This document shows, one piece after another, positions 29,157-39,553 of a DNA stretch of 64,000 bases. Each line of letters starts with the position of its first letter. Position 1 is the stretch's first letter. The notes below the pieces were generated by a model that was given only the letters and a program-made list of their open reading frames with translations, did no database searches and was not told the DNA's origin. Origin of the DNA: a virus (Duplodnaviria > Heunggongvirae > Uroviricota > Caudoviricetes). Position numbers and translations under genes: made by a program. Location of the stretch: the IMG/VR virus record IMGVR_UViG_3300022178_000016; one strand, 5' to 3'.

Positions 29157-30258
29157 ACTGACCTTTTAATTCTTCTGCCATAACCTGAGACTTACTAGCC
29201 ATTTGACTAAAAGCGCGTAATCCGCGATTCTGTTGATCTACAGAAGTCCCAAGCATTGTTGATAACTCAGCAAACGATGTAAACAGTTTCTGAGTTTGTC
29301 CTATACCAAGTGCATCACCACCTGCGGCTAACAGATTCTTATATTGTTCATTGGCTTGTCCAAGGTTTAACGATAATCTATCAACCTCTTTATCAATGAA
29401 CTGAATTTGTTCTTTAGCTTTTTCTTTACTTCCTGTTAAGAATTCAAACTGAGGTTCCCTTGCAGTGGAGAACTGTGCTGTTCTGAAACTCTGTTGTGCA
29501 AAAGCTCCAGCAGCTAAACCCCCAACGGCGCCTCTTGCTGTCATTCCTCCGACAGCTCCAGTAGTCATTGAATCTAAGCTCCTTCTAGCACCACGTTGTT
29601 GAAGTGCTGTCCGTCTACTAGCTTCTTTAGTCCTACGTTGCTCTAGCTTGATATTCTCTCTTAGGGCTTGTTGGTGGAGCTTGTCATAAGCTTGTTCTTG
29701 CTTACGGTAGTAAGTGTTCATAGCAGCTAATTCTTTAGCACTACCAATCTCACCTCTTACAGCTTGTTGCCGTTTAGCTTGTATATTTCTAAGTGCCTTA
29801 ACAGACTCTGAATTTCTAAACTTCTCAGCCATTGCAGAAGCTTTCATTTTAGCTTGGGATAATTTGGCATTGTGCCTTATGGCGTCAGCATGAGCTTTCC
29901 TGAGAGCTAATTCCCGCTTTATTGACTGCATGTGCTCAGAAGCTTTAGCTTTTTCTGCAAACTGTCTAGCCTTTTCCCCTAAAGCAATACCTTTCTTTTT
30001 GTAAGTATCTTCTTTATTAAGGAAAGCTGCTTGTTTAAGCATTGCAGCTTCTTCTTGTTTTCTATACTGAGCTTTCTGTTCCTCAAATCTCAGGTTCTGT
30101 CGCATACTTCTAGCTTGTTTAGCTACTGTACTACTTTGAACACTCTTAGAGATTCCAGCAACATCTTTCTTAACCTTCTTAACTGCCCTATCAAATTCTG
30201 AAGTGTCAACTTTAAAACCGACTGTGGCAAAAAACTTAGCTAATTGGTTTCCAGACAT
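29157..30258 (-). CDS. tail tape measure protein, exon 1 (N-terminal coiled-coil half)
   Basis: The ORF track reads through to a stop at 29155 inside the intron. The exon is Lys/Ala/Gln-rich coiled coil. An AGGTGGGA RBS lies upstream. Confidence 0.55.
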
Positions 30259-30275
30259 TTATTCGTCCCACCTAA

Positions 30276-30865
30276 TTACTCTGTTGGTTTGTTTGCCTCT
30301 TCTGTGTAGGCATCCTCTATATCTTGCATTTCATGGTAAGTAACAAGGTCATCTAAAGTCCAATGTTCTTTTACTTCCCAAAGTCTTGCTTTCTCTCTCA
30401 TAACAGGTCTCCACAGAAAGGAGTCCCACATGTCTAAAGTTGATTCTTTTTGTATCTGTAATCCAACCCTAGTTGGTGCGGTATCCGTTATACGTTTACG
30501 ATACCGCTGTTTTGAAAAAAACTTCCGAAGTTCTCTTTTACTACAAAGGTAACTACTTTTATTAACACATCATAACGAGCAGCAAACTCTGTATCAAAGT
30601 TAATTGCTTTACCATCTTTCATTACACCAGAACAAAGTTTCTTGACTAGATCAACTACGTCATCTTTGTCCAAGTTCTCTACCAGTAAATCAATAGCACG
30701 ACCCATTCCAACTTCACCATCTTCTTGTGATACTAACACACTAAAAGATTGACCAAATACTTTGAAGAGACGTTTCAGATAACCTACACCAGTAGTCCCC
30801 ATAAAAGGATTACATGACCAAGTTTCACCATCAATTTCTGTAGTACGAGTTTCTAAATTATTCAT
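30276..30865 (-). CDS. tail assembly chaperone GT (-1 programmed frameshift product)
   Basis: Zero-frame AGT-TTT-TTT-CAA at 30515-30521. The -1 frame stays open for about 80 codons to a TAA at 30276-30278, just upstream of the tape measure start. Confidence 0.45.
30488..30865 (-). CDS. tail assembly chaperone G
   Basis: 125 aa, between the tube and tape measure genes. A T7 slippery run lies near its 3' end. Confidence 0.5.
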   Translation of the reverse strand: MNNLETRTTEIDGETWSCNPFMGTTGVGYLKRLFKVFGQSFSVLVSQEDGEVGMGRAIDLLVENLDKDDVVDLVKKLCSGVMKDGKAINFDTEFAARYDVLIKVVTFVVKENFGSFFQNSGIVNV

Positions 30866-30889
30866 TTAAAACCTATCTGTTAAATTTTA

Positions 30890-30922
30890 GAGAAATAAAA
30901 AGGAGCCGATTAAAGCTCCTTT
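30890..30922 (-). terminator. rho-independent terminator after tail tube gene
   Basis: GGAGC-loop-GCUCC hairpin followed by a U-run on the minus strand. Confidence 0.55.
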
Positions 30923-30933
30923 AAATAATACTG

Positions 30934-31356
30934 TTAGAAGCTACCAGCATTTACCATTATTAATTTATTACACTTAACTGTCCACTCACGATCACCAACT
31001 TCTTTATTGAAGCCAGCATCTGCTGATTTTACAATCCAAGCTTCAGTACCCTCATACAAGGAGTTACCGTTAGTGTCCTTAACCAAGATCGGGAAAGTCC
31101 CCAGCTTAGTATTTAGGTCAGTTGTGTGGAGTGCAGACATGAACAAATTATCATCTGAAGTTTGTTTCAGAGTGATAGTAATGGTTCCTGAACGATTAGG
31201 GTTCAATGAACGACTGCCTTCACCGTCAGACCCTACACTGTGCATGAATGCGTCTTCTTCCATAGCAACAGTACAGAAGTCATCTGAACGATTGCTTACA
31301 TTTCTTCCTGCAACAATAACTGCTACATCTTCAGAAGAATAAGTCTTAATTGCCAT
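30934..31356 (-). CDS. tail tube protein (140 aa)
   Basis: Size and position immediately downstream of the sheath gene. Confidence 0.55.
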   Translation of the reverse strand: MAIKTYSSEDVAVIVAGRNVSNRSDDFCTVAMEEDAFMHSVGSDGEGSRSLNPNRSGTITITLKQTSDDNLFMSALHTTDLNTKLGTFPILVKDTNGNSLYEGTEAWIVKSADAGFNKEVGDREWTVKCNKLIMVNAGSF

Positions 31357-31373
31357 CTTTTATATTCTCCTAA

Positions 31374-32669
31374 TTAAAGAGTTAAGGTTACAGTGATTGG
31401 ATCAACAAAATGCACTGCACCCGCTAAGGTTGCTGTGATTGTAATATCTGGAAGGATACGTTGAGCTTTACTGTTGGTTGGGATATTCTCTGCACGAGGG
31501 ACAATAATAATGGGGGCAGGGACATCCGCTAAAATACCACTATCAATAGCACGTTGAGTTTCAGCACGAAGCTCATTCTCGATGATAGCTAAATCAGGAT
31601 TAGTGAAGCGTATTTTAGGAAGGTTAACCAAGCGACTAAAAGTAACTACTTGGAGTTGTGATTTAAAGTAATCTGAATCACGAATGACATCAATAAACTC
31701 GCCAGAAGATACAGTACCTTCTTCGACCATTAGTACGCCACCTCTACGGATGTAGGTATTGCATTTCTTATCCGTAGCATTACTACGTTGATTTTTTGTA
31801 AGTGTACTTACGGGGATAGTGCCAAGTTGTTTAAACTTCCACGTAGCGGCTCCAGCGGCTCTTGCAAGTTCACCACCAAACATTGCGCATTCAGGGAACT
31901 TAGCAGCATCGGCAGAGTAGAACGGGAAGGTGCGGTTGTAGCCAATGTCATATAATGCTTTAGCAATAGAAGTGGTATCTGCTAACAAAGTTTGATTGAC
32001 GATATTAGCATCTGTAGAAGATGTACCGTACAACTTGTTGTTTGACTCAGAGAATGCAGCAACTTCAAGTTGATCAGCTTTAACATGGGAATAACAGTTA
32101 ATGCCGTACCAATCATCTGATTCCAATTGAACTGCTGTCAAAGCATCAGTCAGGGATTCCGTGGTGGTGTAAACTGGAGCAAGGTTAATACTGGCCTTCG
32201 TAGAGAAAGCAACACCACCAACATCAGCAGTCAAGATTAAAGTTGTTGTACCAGAAGCTGTTACAGGCTCACTACCACCATTAATGACTGCAATAAGACC
32301 AGTTACGATAGTTGAAGCTGTAGCACTTACACCAGAAACAAATGAGAACAAAGTTCCATTCAGAGTAACTGTGTAAGAAGTGCTATCAGCAACTACTGGA
32401 GTGTAAGTTACAATGGTAGAATTCTGACGACCAATTGCAATACGATTAATTGAAATCTCTTGGCCGAAGTAAGCCTGTGCAGCTTTGTATTCATCGGACA
32501 GAGTGGAGAAGTCAGCAGCTACTTCAGAAGTAGAGCCGTATTCACGGTAACGTTCAGTAAAGCCTTTATGAAGACCAAGGAACATTGGGAGACCGAAACC
32601 TGCAACTGTGATAGCTGTAGTTTGGCGGTCGATAATAACATTGACAATATCATCAATTGGCGCTGCCAT
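31374..32669 (-). CDS. tail sheath protein (431 aa)
   Basis: Size and position, with sheath-like composition. This gene sets the contractile-tail architecture. Confidence 0.55.
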   Translation of the reverse strand: MAAPIDDIVNVIIDRQTTAITVAGFGLPMFLGLHKGFTERYREYGSTSEVAADFSTLSDEYKAAQAYFGQEISINRIAIGRQNSTIVTYTPVVADSTSYTVTLNGTLFSFVSGVSATASTIVTGLIAVINGGSEPVTASGTTTLILTADVGGVAFSTKASINLAPVYTTTESLTDALTAVQLESDDWYGINCYSHVKADQLEVAAFSESNNKLYGTSSTDANIVNQTLLADTTSIAKALYDIGYNRTFPFYSADAAKFPECAMFGGELARAAGAATWKFKQLGTIPVSTLTKNQRSNATDKKCNTYIRRGGVLMVEEGTVSSGEFIDVIRDSDYFKSQLQVVTFSRLVNLPKIRFTNPDLAIIENELRAETQRAIDSGILADVPAPIIIVPRAENIPTNSKAQRILPDITITATLAGAVHFVDPITVTLTL

Positions 32670-32690
32670 CTATAAATACCTTATTATTTG

Positions 32691-33224
32691 TTATGGGATT
32701 ATATCTACAGTGAACTCTTCTTCGATAACGGTGTCACCATTAAAGTTTTTTACTGTATGTGTTATTTCTAAGAACTCTACGTAATCTACAGAATCGGTGT
32801 CACTGACCACCAGACAGAAATCTACAGTCATCATGTACCGTTGTTCCCACCCCGTTGTCAGTATTTTGGGGAAAGGTTTCACCGAACTCTTACCTTGATA
32901 AGTTAGTCCAACACCTTTGAATAATTCTTTTGTGGAGTCTTTTATTAATTGGTGAGTTAAATTGACAAGAGTGAGATTACTATCTACCCCTACAGCAATA
33001 ACTTCTAAAGCGCACTGCCAAAGGGTGTATGTTGTTAACGCAGTATTGCCATCTATTAGGTATTCAGAGGCATCGTTACCTATCTGCTCCCAACCTTTGA
33101 AGCTATAAGCTATAAAATTATCTGCTGGCTTATACCCTTCTTGTTCTTCAACAATACAAGGGACACCTGAAAGGGTTTCTAGAATATCACCAACTTCTTC
33201 TTGTAATGCGGAGATGTCTATCAT
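32691..33224 (-). CDS. head-tail joining / tail completion protein (177 aa)
   Basis: Called by synteny between the capsid and sheath genes. Confidence 0.4.
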   Translation of the reverse strand: MIDISALQEEVGDILETLSGVPCIVEEQEGYKPADNFIAYSFKGWEQIGNDASEYLIDGNTALTTYTLWQCALEVIAVGVDSNLTLVNLTHQLIKDSTKELFKGVGLTYQGKSSVKPFPKILTTGWEQRYMMTVDFCLVVSDTDSVDYVEFLEITHTVKNFNGDTVIEEEFTVDIIP

Positions 33225-33688
33225 CTAACCTCCCAACCAAGTTCACTAATTAAGTTAGGTGTATTACCAATATAACTACCATACACCAGAGGGTCGTTGA
33301 AAGTCTTAATATCAGCCCAAGCCTTGTCATTCTCAGGTGAGCTTACGTTCTTTATAGATACTTCAATAAAGTCTCTCAGATCGCTTCCTATGGCGTTTGC
33401 GACCATCTTAAAATCCATTACACCAAAACTCTTTCTGAGATTACCTGAAACTATCTGGCTAACCCTAGTTGAGTCATAAGGGTTAAGAAGGACTTGACCA
33501 GCCCAAGGAGAGTTGTAGTGAAGGTGAGCAGCAAGAGCAGGTACTGTGATTGGGTTGTTTGGATTGCTGTTCCAGTGATTGACACCTTCTAACCAACCCA
33601 CATCAACCTGTGTCATCCTTAACTGTCTACGAAGCTTTTCCATACCCCGTAAATCCATCTTCAAGGAAGTTGTTATTTTCATACTCAA
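33221..33688 (-). CDS. head-tail connector protein (155 aa)
   Basis: Called by synteny. Confidence 0.4.
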   Translation of the reverse strand: MSMKITTSLKMDLRGMEKLRRQLRMTQVDVGWLEGVNHWNSNPNNPITVPALAAHLHYNSPWAGQVLLNPYDSTRVSQIVSGNLRKSFGVMDFKMVANAIGSDLRDFIEVSIKNVSSPENDKAWADIKTFNDPLVYGSYIGNTPNLISELGWEVR

Positions 33689-34101
33689 CCTCCACTAACT
33701 GCTAATACTTCTGAGTCAACCTTACAAGCGTAAGCTTCATATCCTGTATAACCACTAACATCTTTCCAAGCACCAAGTTTCATGATTCTGTATGTCTCAC
33801 TATCAAACACAAACTCATCCGCTTGTTGTTTAATTTCACCATCTTGGAAGTCTTTAAGTTCTGTGTTGCAGAATAAGTGCATCCATTTCTTAGCTCTAAG
33901 AGCTTCGGGGAGGAATTGTTTAGTTGAGTTCTTAGCGATAGGATAAAATAATGTAAGAGTGTCAATATCTGTAGCAGTACCTTCAACCCACTTATGATTT
34001 ACATAACTACCAGCACCTCTACGCTTTATTACTAAAGGTTTAGGTTTAAGTAGATCAAACCGCATCTTAGATAACAACACAACAAGGCACCTCAACAGCA
34101 T
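33685..34101 (-). CDS. head-tail connector protein (138 aa)
   Basis: Called by synteny. Confidence 0.4.
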   Translation of the reverse strand: MLLRCLVVLLSKMRFDLLKPKPLVIKRRGAGSYVNHKWVEGTATDIDTLTLFYPIAKNSTKQFLPEALRAKKWMHLFCNTELKDFQDGEIKQQADEFVFDSETYRIMKLGAWKDVSGYTGYEAYACKVDSEVLAVSGG

Positions 34102-34489
34102 TCATGTAAAGCCAATTGGTTACATTGGGGTTATCACAATCAGCCATACTTGCATTAAGATCAGCTTTAGATACTCCGGCAGCGTAAGGCATTACGCCTT
34201 TAGGTAAGAGCATTAGAGTTTTCTTATCATCAGCCCATATAAGGAATGCCTCTCTATATTGTTTAGAAACTTCATTCCAAGCTTCAACTTCACCAAACTT
34301 TTCTTTCGTATTTATTTGTGAGAGAAATCTAACAACTGCGTAGCCAGCTTCTATTGAGGCTGCAATGATGTCGCCATCAGCTAGTTCAAGAAACCATTCA
34401 ACTTCTTCATCTGTAAGTATTTCGTAGAAAGGGGATTGCTCAGTAAGGCCAATCAGAATTCTAACTTTATCTACATCTGTAAGAGCCAT
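34067..34489 (-). CDS. head completion protein (140 aa)
   Basis: Called by synteny. Confidence 0.4.
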   Translation of the reverse strand: MALTDVDKVRILIGLTEQSPFYEILTDEEVEWFLELADGDIIAASIEAGYAVVRFLSQINTKEKFGEVEAWNEVSKQYREAFLIWADDKKTLMLLPKGVMPYAAGVSKADLNASMADCDNPNVTNWLYMNAVEVPCCVVI

Positions 34490-34497
34490 AATATGTC

Positions 34498-34524
34498 CTC
34501 AAAGAAGAGGGCAATTACGCCCTC
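34498..34524 (-). terminator. rho-independent terminator
   Basis: GAGGGC-GUAAUU-GCCCUC hairpin followed by UCUUU. Confidence 0.4.
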
Positions 34525-34528
34525 AGTA

Positions 34529-35107
34529 TTAAGCAGAGTCACCTAACATTACATAAGTGATTGTAATAGTTCCGTTAACAGTCAACGCATCAGTGGCAGT
34601 AGAGCCAGCATCAGGGGTTGCAAAGTTAAGGAATACAGCAGCAGGGGTAGTTGTACCATTCAACGAAGCAACTGCGGTTGAGGCACCTTTGGTAACACCA
34701 GCACCAGCAGCTAAAGTAGAAGCTGTAGAAGGAACAATGTTAGCTTCAGTAGAAGTTAGTGTTGCATCTGCCGTAGAGACAGTGACACTACCTAAAGAAC
34801 CAACAACAGCAGAGGTGGTGGTTAAACCAGTACCAACACGAGCAATAGTTAAATCAGTAACAGCACCAAGTACCATTACATTACCTTCTGGAAAGGTAAA
34901 AATCTTTTGTGCGCCATGACTACCAGCAGTGGTAGCATCAGTCATAACAACGTTAAGGGCTGAGATAGGGAATGTAACTACTTGGGTAAGACCAACACCC
35001 TGAATAGCTGAAACCCCTGTACCACTTGCAGTACCTTCTACACCATTGAGTTTTTCAAGCTCATTTAAATTGTAGAATGCACCATTTGAGGCTTTAAACT
35101 TTGGCAT
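34529..35107 (-). CDS. head decoration / Ig-like surface protein candidate (192 aa)
   Basis: Ala/Thr/Gly/Ser-rich beta-type composition, immediately after the capsid gene. Confidence 0.4.
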   Translation of the reverse strand: MPKFKASNGAFYNLNELEKLNGVEGTASGTGVSAIQGVGLTQVVTFPISALNVVMTDATTAGSHGAQKIFTFPEGNVMVLGAVTDLTIARVGTGLTTTSAVVGSLGSVTVSTADATLTSTEANIVPSTASTLAAGAGVTKGASTAVASLNGTTTPAAVFLNFATPDAGSTATDALTVNGTITITYVMLGDSA

Positions 35108-35119
35108 TATTTTATCCTA

Positions 35120-35145
35120 AGAATTGGCGGGTTTCCCCGCCTTGT
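35120..35145 (-). terminator. hairpin terminator after major capsid gene
   Basis: GGCGGG-GAAA-CCCGCC hairpin with a GNRA loop. Confidence 0.4.
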
Positions 35146-35147
35146 TA

Positions 35148-36194
35148 TTATACGCCGTAAACAGCAACAACTTTAACGATAGCTTTAGGCCACAGAGTAC
35201 CAACCAAGAAGTTAGACTCATAAGAGAAGTCAACTCCGGTACGGTTAGCACGAGCCAATTCAAAGTAGTACTCAGCTTGAGCTGGGCTGTTGATAGTATC
35301 AAAAGTCAAATCAGAAGGAGCAAAGAAGATTTTGAACAAGTCTGGCAAGTCGGTAGGGAATACACGAGCTTCACCAACAGGCATTTCTTCTTCTGAATCA
35401 CAACGTACCCAAACAACACCACCGAAGCTGAAAGCTTGATAACGTGCATTCAAGTCAAAACCTTGAGTACCAAGAATACCAGTCAACATCTCTACAGACA
35501 TGGTGTCTTCTTTGTAGATGGCAGCGCTGTTAAGTACGAAAGGATGTGAAGCCAAAGCATCAAACAAGTTACGACCACACAAAGCCAAACGACGAGTTGG
35601 TACGAAACCACCTTCGAAGTTGTCAGTGATGTTGTCGATAATTGCTTGGATAGAAGTCTTAGGGTTCTCAGTAGGAGTCAAGTCTAAGTTCAACACACTT
35701 TGAGTAACACCGAAAGCGGTGAAGTAGTTGTTGATCACAGTACCACTAGGTGAATAAGCAGTACCAGTCTTGATCAAGTGCATGAAAGCATCGTTATGAG
35801 TATTCATAACAGTTTGACGAGCTTTCTCTTTTTTCTTGTCCATGAAAGACTCTACAGTCTCTGAACGGCTTTGCAAAAGGAAGTCATCAAAAGCAATTTT
35901 ACCTTGAATATCGCCAGGGGCAACAGAGTCATCAATTGCAAAGTGAGGGATGGTCATTGGCAAACGAGCTTTGTTGTCACGTTGAGTATTCTTAACACGA
36001 GTACCCCAAGGAATATCTACCATCTTGTAATCATTTACAGAGGTAACAGGCAACAAGAAGGTTTTACCTTCCATGAATTCTGGTTGGAACAAACCAAGGT
36101 TTGCAGCGAGTGAACGACGAACTGGTAACAATTCAATACCAGTAGAAAGGTTAGTCCATTCGTTAATGTTTTGTGGGCTTACTACACGAGTCAT
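35148..36194 (-). CDS. major capsid protein (348 aa)
   Basis: Size and position after the protease/scaffold gene. Strong flanking terminators fit high expression. Confidence 0.55.
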   Translation of the reverse strand: MTRVVSPQNINEWTNLSTGIELLPVRRSLAANLGLFQPEFMEGKTFLLPVTSVNDYKMVDIPWGTRVKNTQRDNKARLPMTIPHFAIDDSVAPGDIQGKIAFDDFLLQSRSETVESFMDKKKEKARQTVMNTHNDAFMHLIKTGTAYSPSGTVINNYFTAFGVTQSVLNLDLTPTENPKTSIQAIIDNITDNFEGGFVPTRRLALCGRNLFDALASHPFVLNSAAIYKEDTMSVEMLTGILGTQGFDLNARYQAFSFGGVVWVRCDSEEEMPVGEARVFPTDLPDLFKIFFAPSDLTFDTINSPAQAEYYFELARANRTGVDFSYESNFLVGTLWPKAIVKVVAVYGV

Positions 36195-36217
36195 ATTCTT
36201 ATTATCTCTTTAAATTA

Positions 36218-36688
36218 TTAAGCTGGGATAGCGGTAAGTGAATCAACAACAAGGACACCTTGTGAAGCTAAAGCACGGCGAAGGTCAGCAAAGTTAGTAG
36301 CAGTAACACCAGCATAATGAGCAGTCAAACTCTCAAGCAATTTAGATGCTTTGATACGGGCACGGCGAGAGATTGCAATAGCATTACGTGGAGTGGCGGT
36401 TACAAAAGTAACTTCTTCAGTTGGTTCAAAATCATCGCCGATTACAAGAGCGTAATCGTTGGTGTAAGCAATGTCACCAGTAGCATCAACCAAATCCCAT
36501 GCAACAGAAGCAGCAGTAGCTTTAGGGCGGAAGATAACTGAGCCTAGTGGGAAAGTACCACCTGTAGTTGCAGTAACACTTACGATATCACGAGAGTCAT
36601 AAGAGTAACCGCCAGTAACTTCTTCCCAGAGAACTAAGTCTGAGTAGCGGACATCATCAAGATTTTCGATAGTTGGTTGTGTAGCCAT
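36218..36688 (-). CDS. head protein (156 aa)
   Basis: ORF between the protease and capsid genes. Confidence 0.4.
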   Translation of the reverse strand: MATQPTIENLDDVRYSDLVLWEEVTGGYSYDSRDIVSVTATTGGTFPLGSVIFRPKATAASVAWDLVDATGDIAYTNDYALVIGDDFEPTEEVTFVTATPRNAIAISRRARIKASKLLESLTAHYAGVTATNFADLRRALASQGVLVVDSLTAIPA

Positions 36689-38025
36689 TATTTAGCACCT
36701 TTTTTATTGTATTTTTGTTCGTAACGAGCTTTAGTTTTTTCACGGTAAGCAGTAACAGCGTCCACTGGATCAGCTACAACTTCTTGACCTTCATCACCCA
36801 ATTCAGTATTCAGAACAGACTTGTCTGCTTCTGTACTCATTGATTGCAACATCTCAACCATATCAGCGAAAGCTTCATCTGATAGGTCAGCCATCTTAAC
36901 TGCCTTGGCTTCTGCTTGGACATCACCAACAATAGCTGCAAGAGTAGCTTTGCGGTTTGCAGTCTTAGCTTCTGCTTTTTCCTTAGCAACTTCTTTCAAA
37001 GCTTCGAGGGCAGTGTTGAGTTCTGCTTCGAGGGATGTAGTTTTGCTTACCAATGATTGGTTGGTCAATTGGAACTCTTCTACCTGCAATTGCAAAGTAG
37101 ATAATAGAGCCATATCTTCTTTAGACATTTCTGTGTCCTTCTTATTTTGACTTAATAGTTTGGATATTGGATTCGACATCTCTTCTCCGCTGGTTGTTTT
37201 CTCCAAGTAAGATTTAAACTCTTCAAGGGTCATTACTTTATCTACAAGACCGTTACTCAAAGCTTTCTTAGTGCTAAAAGTTTTAGCTCCCAATGCTTCA
37301 ACAGCTCCTTTATTAAGCCCTCTCCACATAGCAACGTGATCTGTAAATTGGTCGTAGATTTCAAGAACACCGTCCTTGACCTCTGCTAAGAACTCATCGG
37401 TGAATTTACCTTCAGAGTCAAATGGTACTTTGCCTTCGCCTGCTGTAATGTAGACGTCCTCAATTCCCAAATTCTTCATATAACCACTAGCATTACGAAG
37501 CTGCACCCTAACACCAATACTTCCCGCTTCAGCAGAAGGGTTAGAAATAACTTCATGTGCTACTGCTGTATAAACATAAGATGCTGAAAAAGAAGATCCT
37601 GAAATATAAGAGATCAACTTAACGTCATTCTCGTCAGCTAAATTACGAATATAGTTTGCTGATTCGAACGACATATGCGCTAATCCGCCTCCGCTATCTT
37701 GATCAAGAACGATAGTCTTAGCTCCAGCTTTAATTAGCTGTGCAACTTCTTCTCGAATAGATTGGTGGCTAACACCCTCTTCTTCACACATGGCTTGATA
37801 AGGAATATCTGTAATCCCGCCATGAATATCTACAACACCTACCTGATTATCAGCAAAATATTGGAGTTGTCTTTTTCTTGGAGCAATCTTATCAACCACT
37901 GCCAAGTTTGACTTCATCAGATTCCTATCTTCTAGGATCTGCATTACCTTATCTAAATACGCTTCATCCACCATCAAGGGGGTGTTACATAACTTAGTGG
38001 TAAGTCTGAGTAGTTCGTGACTCAT
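36688..38025 (-). CDS. prohead protease (S49/ClpP-clan) fused to scaffolding domain
   Basis: S49 motifs ISGSSFSASYVYTAVA and EAGSIGVRV. The C-terminus is a long Glu/Lys/Ala coiled coil typical of a scaffold. Confidence 0.6.
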   Translation of the reverse strand: MSHELLRLTTKLCNTPLMVDEAYLDKVMQILEDRNLMKSNLAVVDKIAPRKRQLQYFADNQVGVVDIHGGITDIPYQAMCEEEGVSHQSIREEVAQLIKAGAKTIVLDQDSGGGLAHMSFESANYIRNLADENDVKLISYISGSSFSASYVYTAVAHEVISNPSAEAGSIGVRVQLRNASGYMKNLGIEDVYITAGEGKVPFDSEGKFTDEFLAEVKDGVLEIYDQFTDHVAMWRGLNKGAVEALGAKTFSTKKALSNGLVDKVMTLEEFKSYLEKTTSGEEMSNPISKLLSQNKKDTEMSKEDMALLSTLQLQVEEFQLTNQSLVSKTTSLEAELNTALEALKEVAKEKAEAKTANRKATLAAIVGDVQAEAKAVKMADLSDEAFADMVEMLQSMSTEADKSVLNTELGDEGQEVVADPVDAVTAYREKTKARYEQKYNKKGAK

Positions 38026-38035
38026 TTATTATTCT

Positions 38036-39553
38036 CTAGTTATTTTGTGAATTACTTGTACCACCATCACCTGAAGATCCAGTAGCTTTCCCCGTACCTG
38101 ATCCATTTCCTTCCTCCATACCCGCACCAACTTTGGAGTCACCACCATCCAGAAGATCATATAAATCTTCTTGTTCAGTGTCTTCTGGTACACGGTAAGT
38201 GAAACCAAGTTTCTCAAGAGTTTCATTGATAACAGCAACAGTCTTGGGAATACCTTTAGTAGCAGATACTTGTTGGAATGCTTTAGCAAATTCAGAGATA
38301 GTTGTTTCAGTAACTTCACCAAATTCAAATGTAGGCATGATGTCTGTATCCCATTTATTCTCTTTAAAGATTAAAGGGACTAATTTATGGTTAAGAACAT
38401 CTTTGATTTCATTCAGGATAGAACGGATAACAATCTGTACAACTGACATCTTAGATTCAGATAGTGCAAAACTACCACCACCTGATTGACCTAATATTAG
38501 GAAGTCTGCATATAAGGCTGTTAATATTTCATTCTTGTAGCTGTCAATGATCTGTAGAACATCGTAGGACTTCTGACCTGTGGAGTTAACAATCTCAAAT
38601 TCAAACTGCTTATCTCCTTTAAGCTCATCCCTAACCATTGGTAGGATAATGCCACTCTCTTGACCCACATGTATGTTACGCATAATCTTCTTATACATTT
38701 CATACACAGCAGCATCCTCTGGTGTAGCATCTTCCAACATGTACTGGATAGGTAAGTACAAGGTTTTAAGGCCATGCACATCGCTAACAACACCATGTGC
38801 CATGTTCTCCTCATACGCAAGCTTATACTTAAAGCTCTTGTAAATAGAATTGAATGGGCTAATGCCGATAGGAGAGTCTTTTAGAGGATTGTTTCTAAAA
38901 AGAAGTAGTTTACCTAATGGAATAAATTGTTCTGTTTTAATCCCATCAGATTTAACTGGCTCAGCAGGTTGGTAAGGTCTTAAGAAGTTACCTTGCTTAC
39001 TCTGAGGTTTATTAACTAACTGCCACATACCATTAAGGTCACGGCCTTTATTCTTATAATCCCAACCCGAGATTGAATCTTGTGTTCTTAGTGAGAGTTT
39101 ACGGAGCCTGAAGTAACCATCATTATACTTACTACCCTTAGCTTTTAGTCGCTTACCTCCAACAATCTCGAAGGGGGCGTAGCCATACCAAACATAACTA
39201 AGAGCTTGTTTAATGAAGGCTAACCAAGAGTGTTCCATATCGTGTCGAAGTGTTTCTAAGTACCTAACTTGACCAGCTAAATCTTCTTCATATCCTTTAG
39301 GTGCTTTAATGTACCAAGGGACATCTGCAAGAGCAGCATTGAACATATTAACGGCTGTAGCTATTGTACTATCATGGAGCATCTTCTTGTATGTCCATAT
39401 ACAACGAGGCCACACTAACTCTGGGTTGCATTCTTCTAAAATTTGTCCAGATAAAACACTTAAACCATTGTAACCTAGCTCTCGAACACTTATACTTGAT
39501 GTTATATCAGGGTCAGCGATTGCAATAGGTGCCAACTCTTCATCTTGTGCCAT
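38036..39553 (-). CDS. portal protein (505 aa)
   Basis: Size and position downstream of the large terminase gene. Acidic Gly/Ser-rich C-terminus. Confidence 0.6.
   Translation of the reverse strand: MAQDEELAPIAIADPDITSSISVRELGYNGLSVLSGQILEECNPELVWPRCIWTYKKMLHDSTIATAVNMFNAALADVPWYIKAPKGYEEDLAGQVRYLETLRHDMEHSWLAFIKQALSYVWYGYAPFEIVGGKRLKAKGSKYNDGYFRLRKLSLRTQDSISGWDYKNKGRDLNGMWQLVNKPQSKQGNFLRPYQPAEPVKSDGIKTEQFIPLGKLLLFRNNPLKDSPIGISPFNSIYKSFKYKLAYEENMAHGVVSDVHGLKTLYLPIQYMLEDATPEDAAVYEMYKKIMRNIHVGQESGIILPMVRDELKGDKQFEFEIVNSTGQKSYDVLQIIDSYKNEILTALYADFLILGQSGGGSFALSESKMSVVQIVIRSILNEIKDVLNHKLVPLIFKENKWDTDIMPTFEFGEVTETTISEFAKAFQQVSATKGIPKTVAVINETLEKLGFTYRVPEDTEQEDLYDLLDGGDSKVGAGMEEGNGSGTGKATGSSGDGGTSNSQNN

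Noticed and set aside
34557-34919. 120-aa plus-strand ORF antisense to the 192-aa head protein gene, and similar antisense ORFs (for example 22543-23016, 27145-27978, 31007-31342, 1395-1724, 6325-6654)
   Set aside because: Each lies inside a longer, better-supported gene on the opposite strand. They are probably products of compositional bias.
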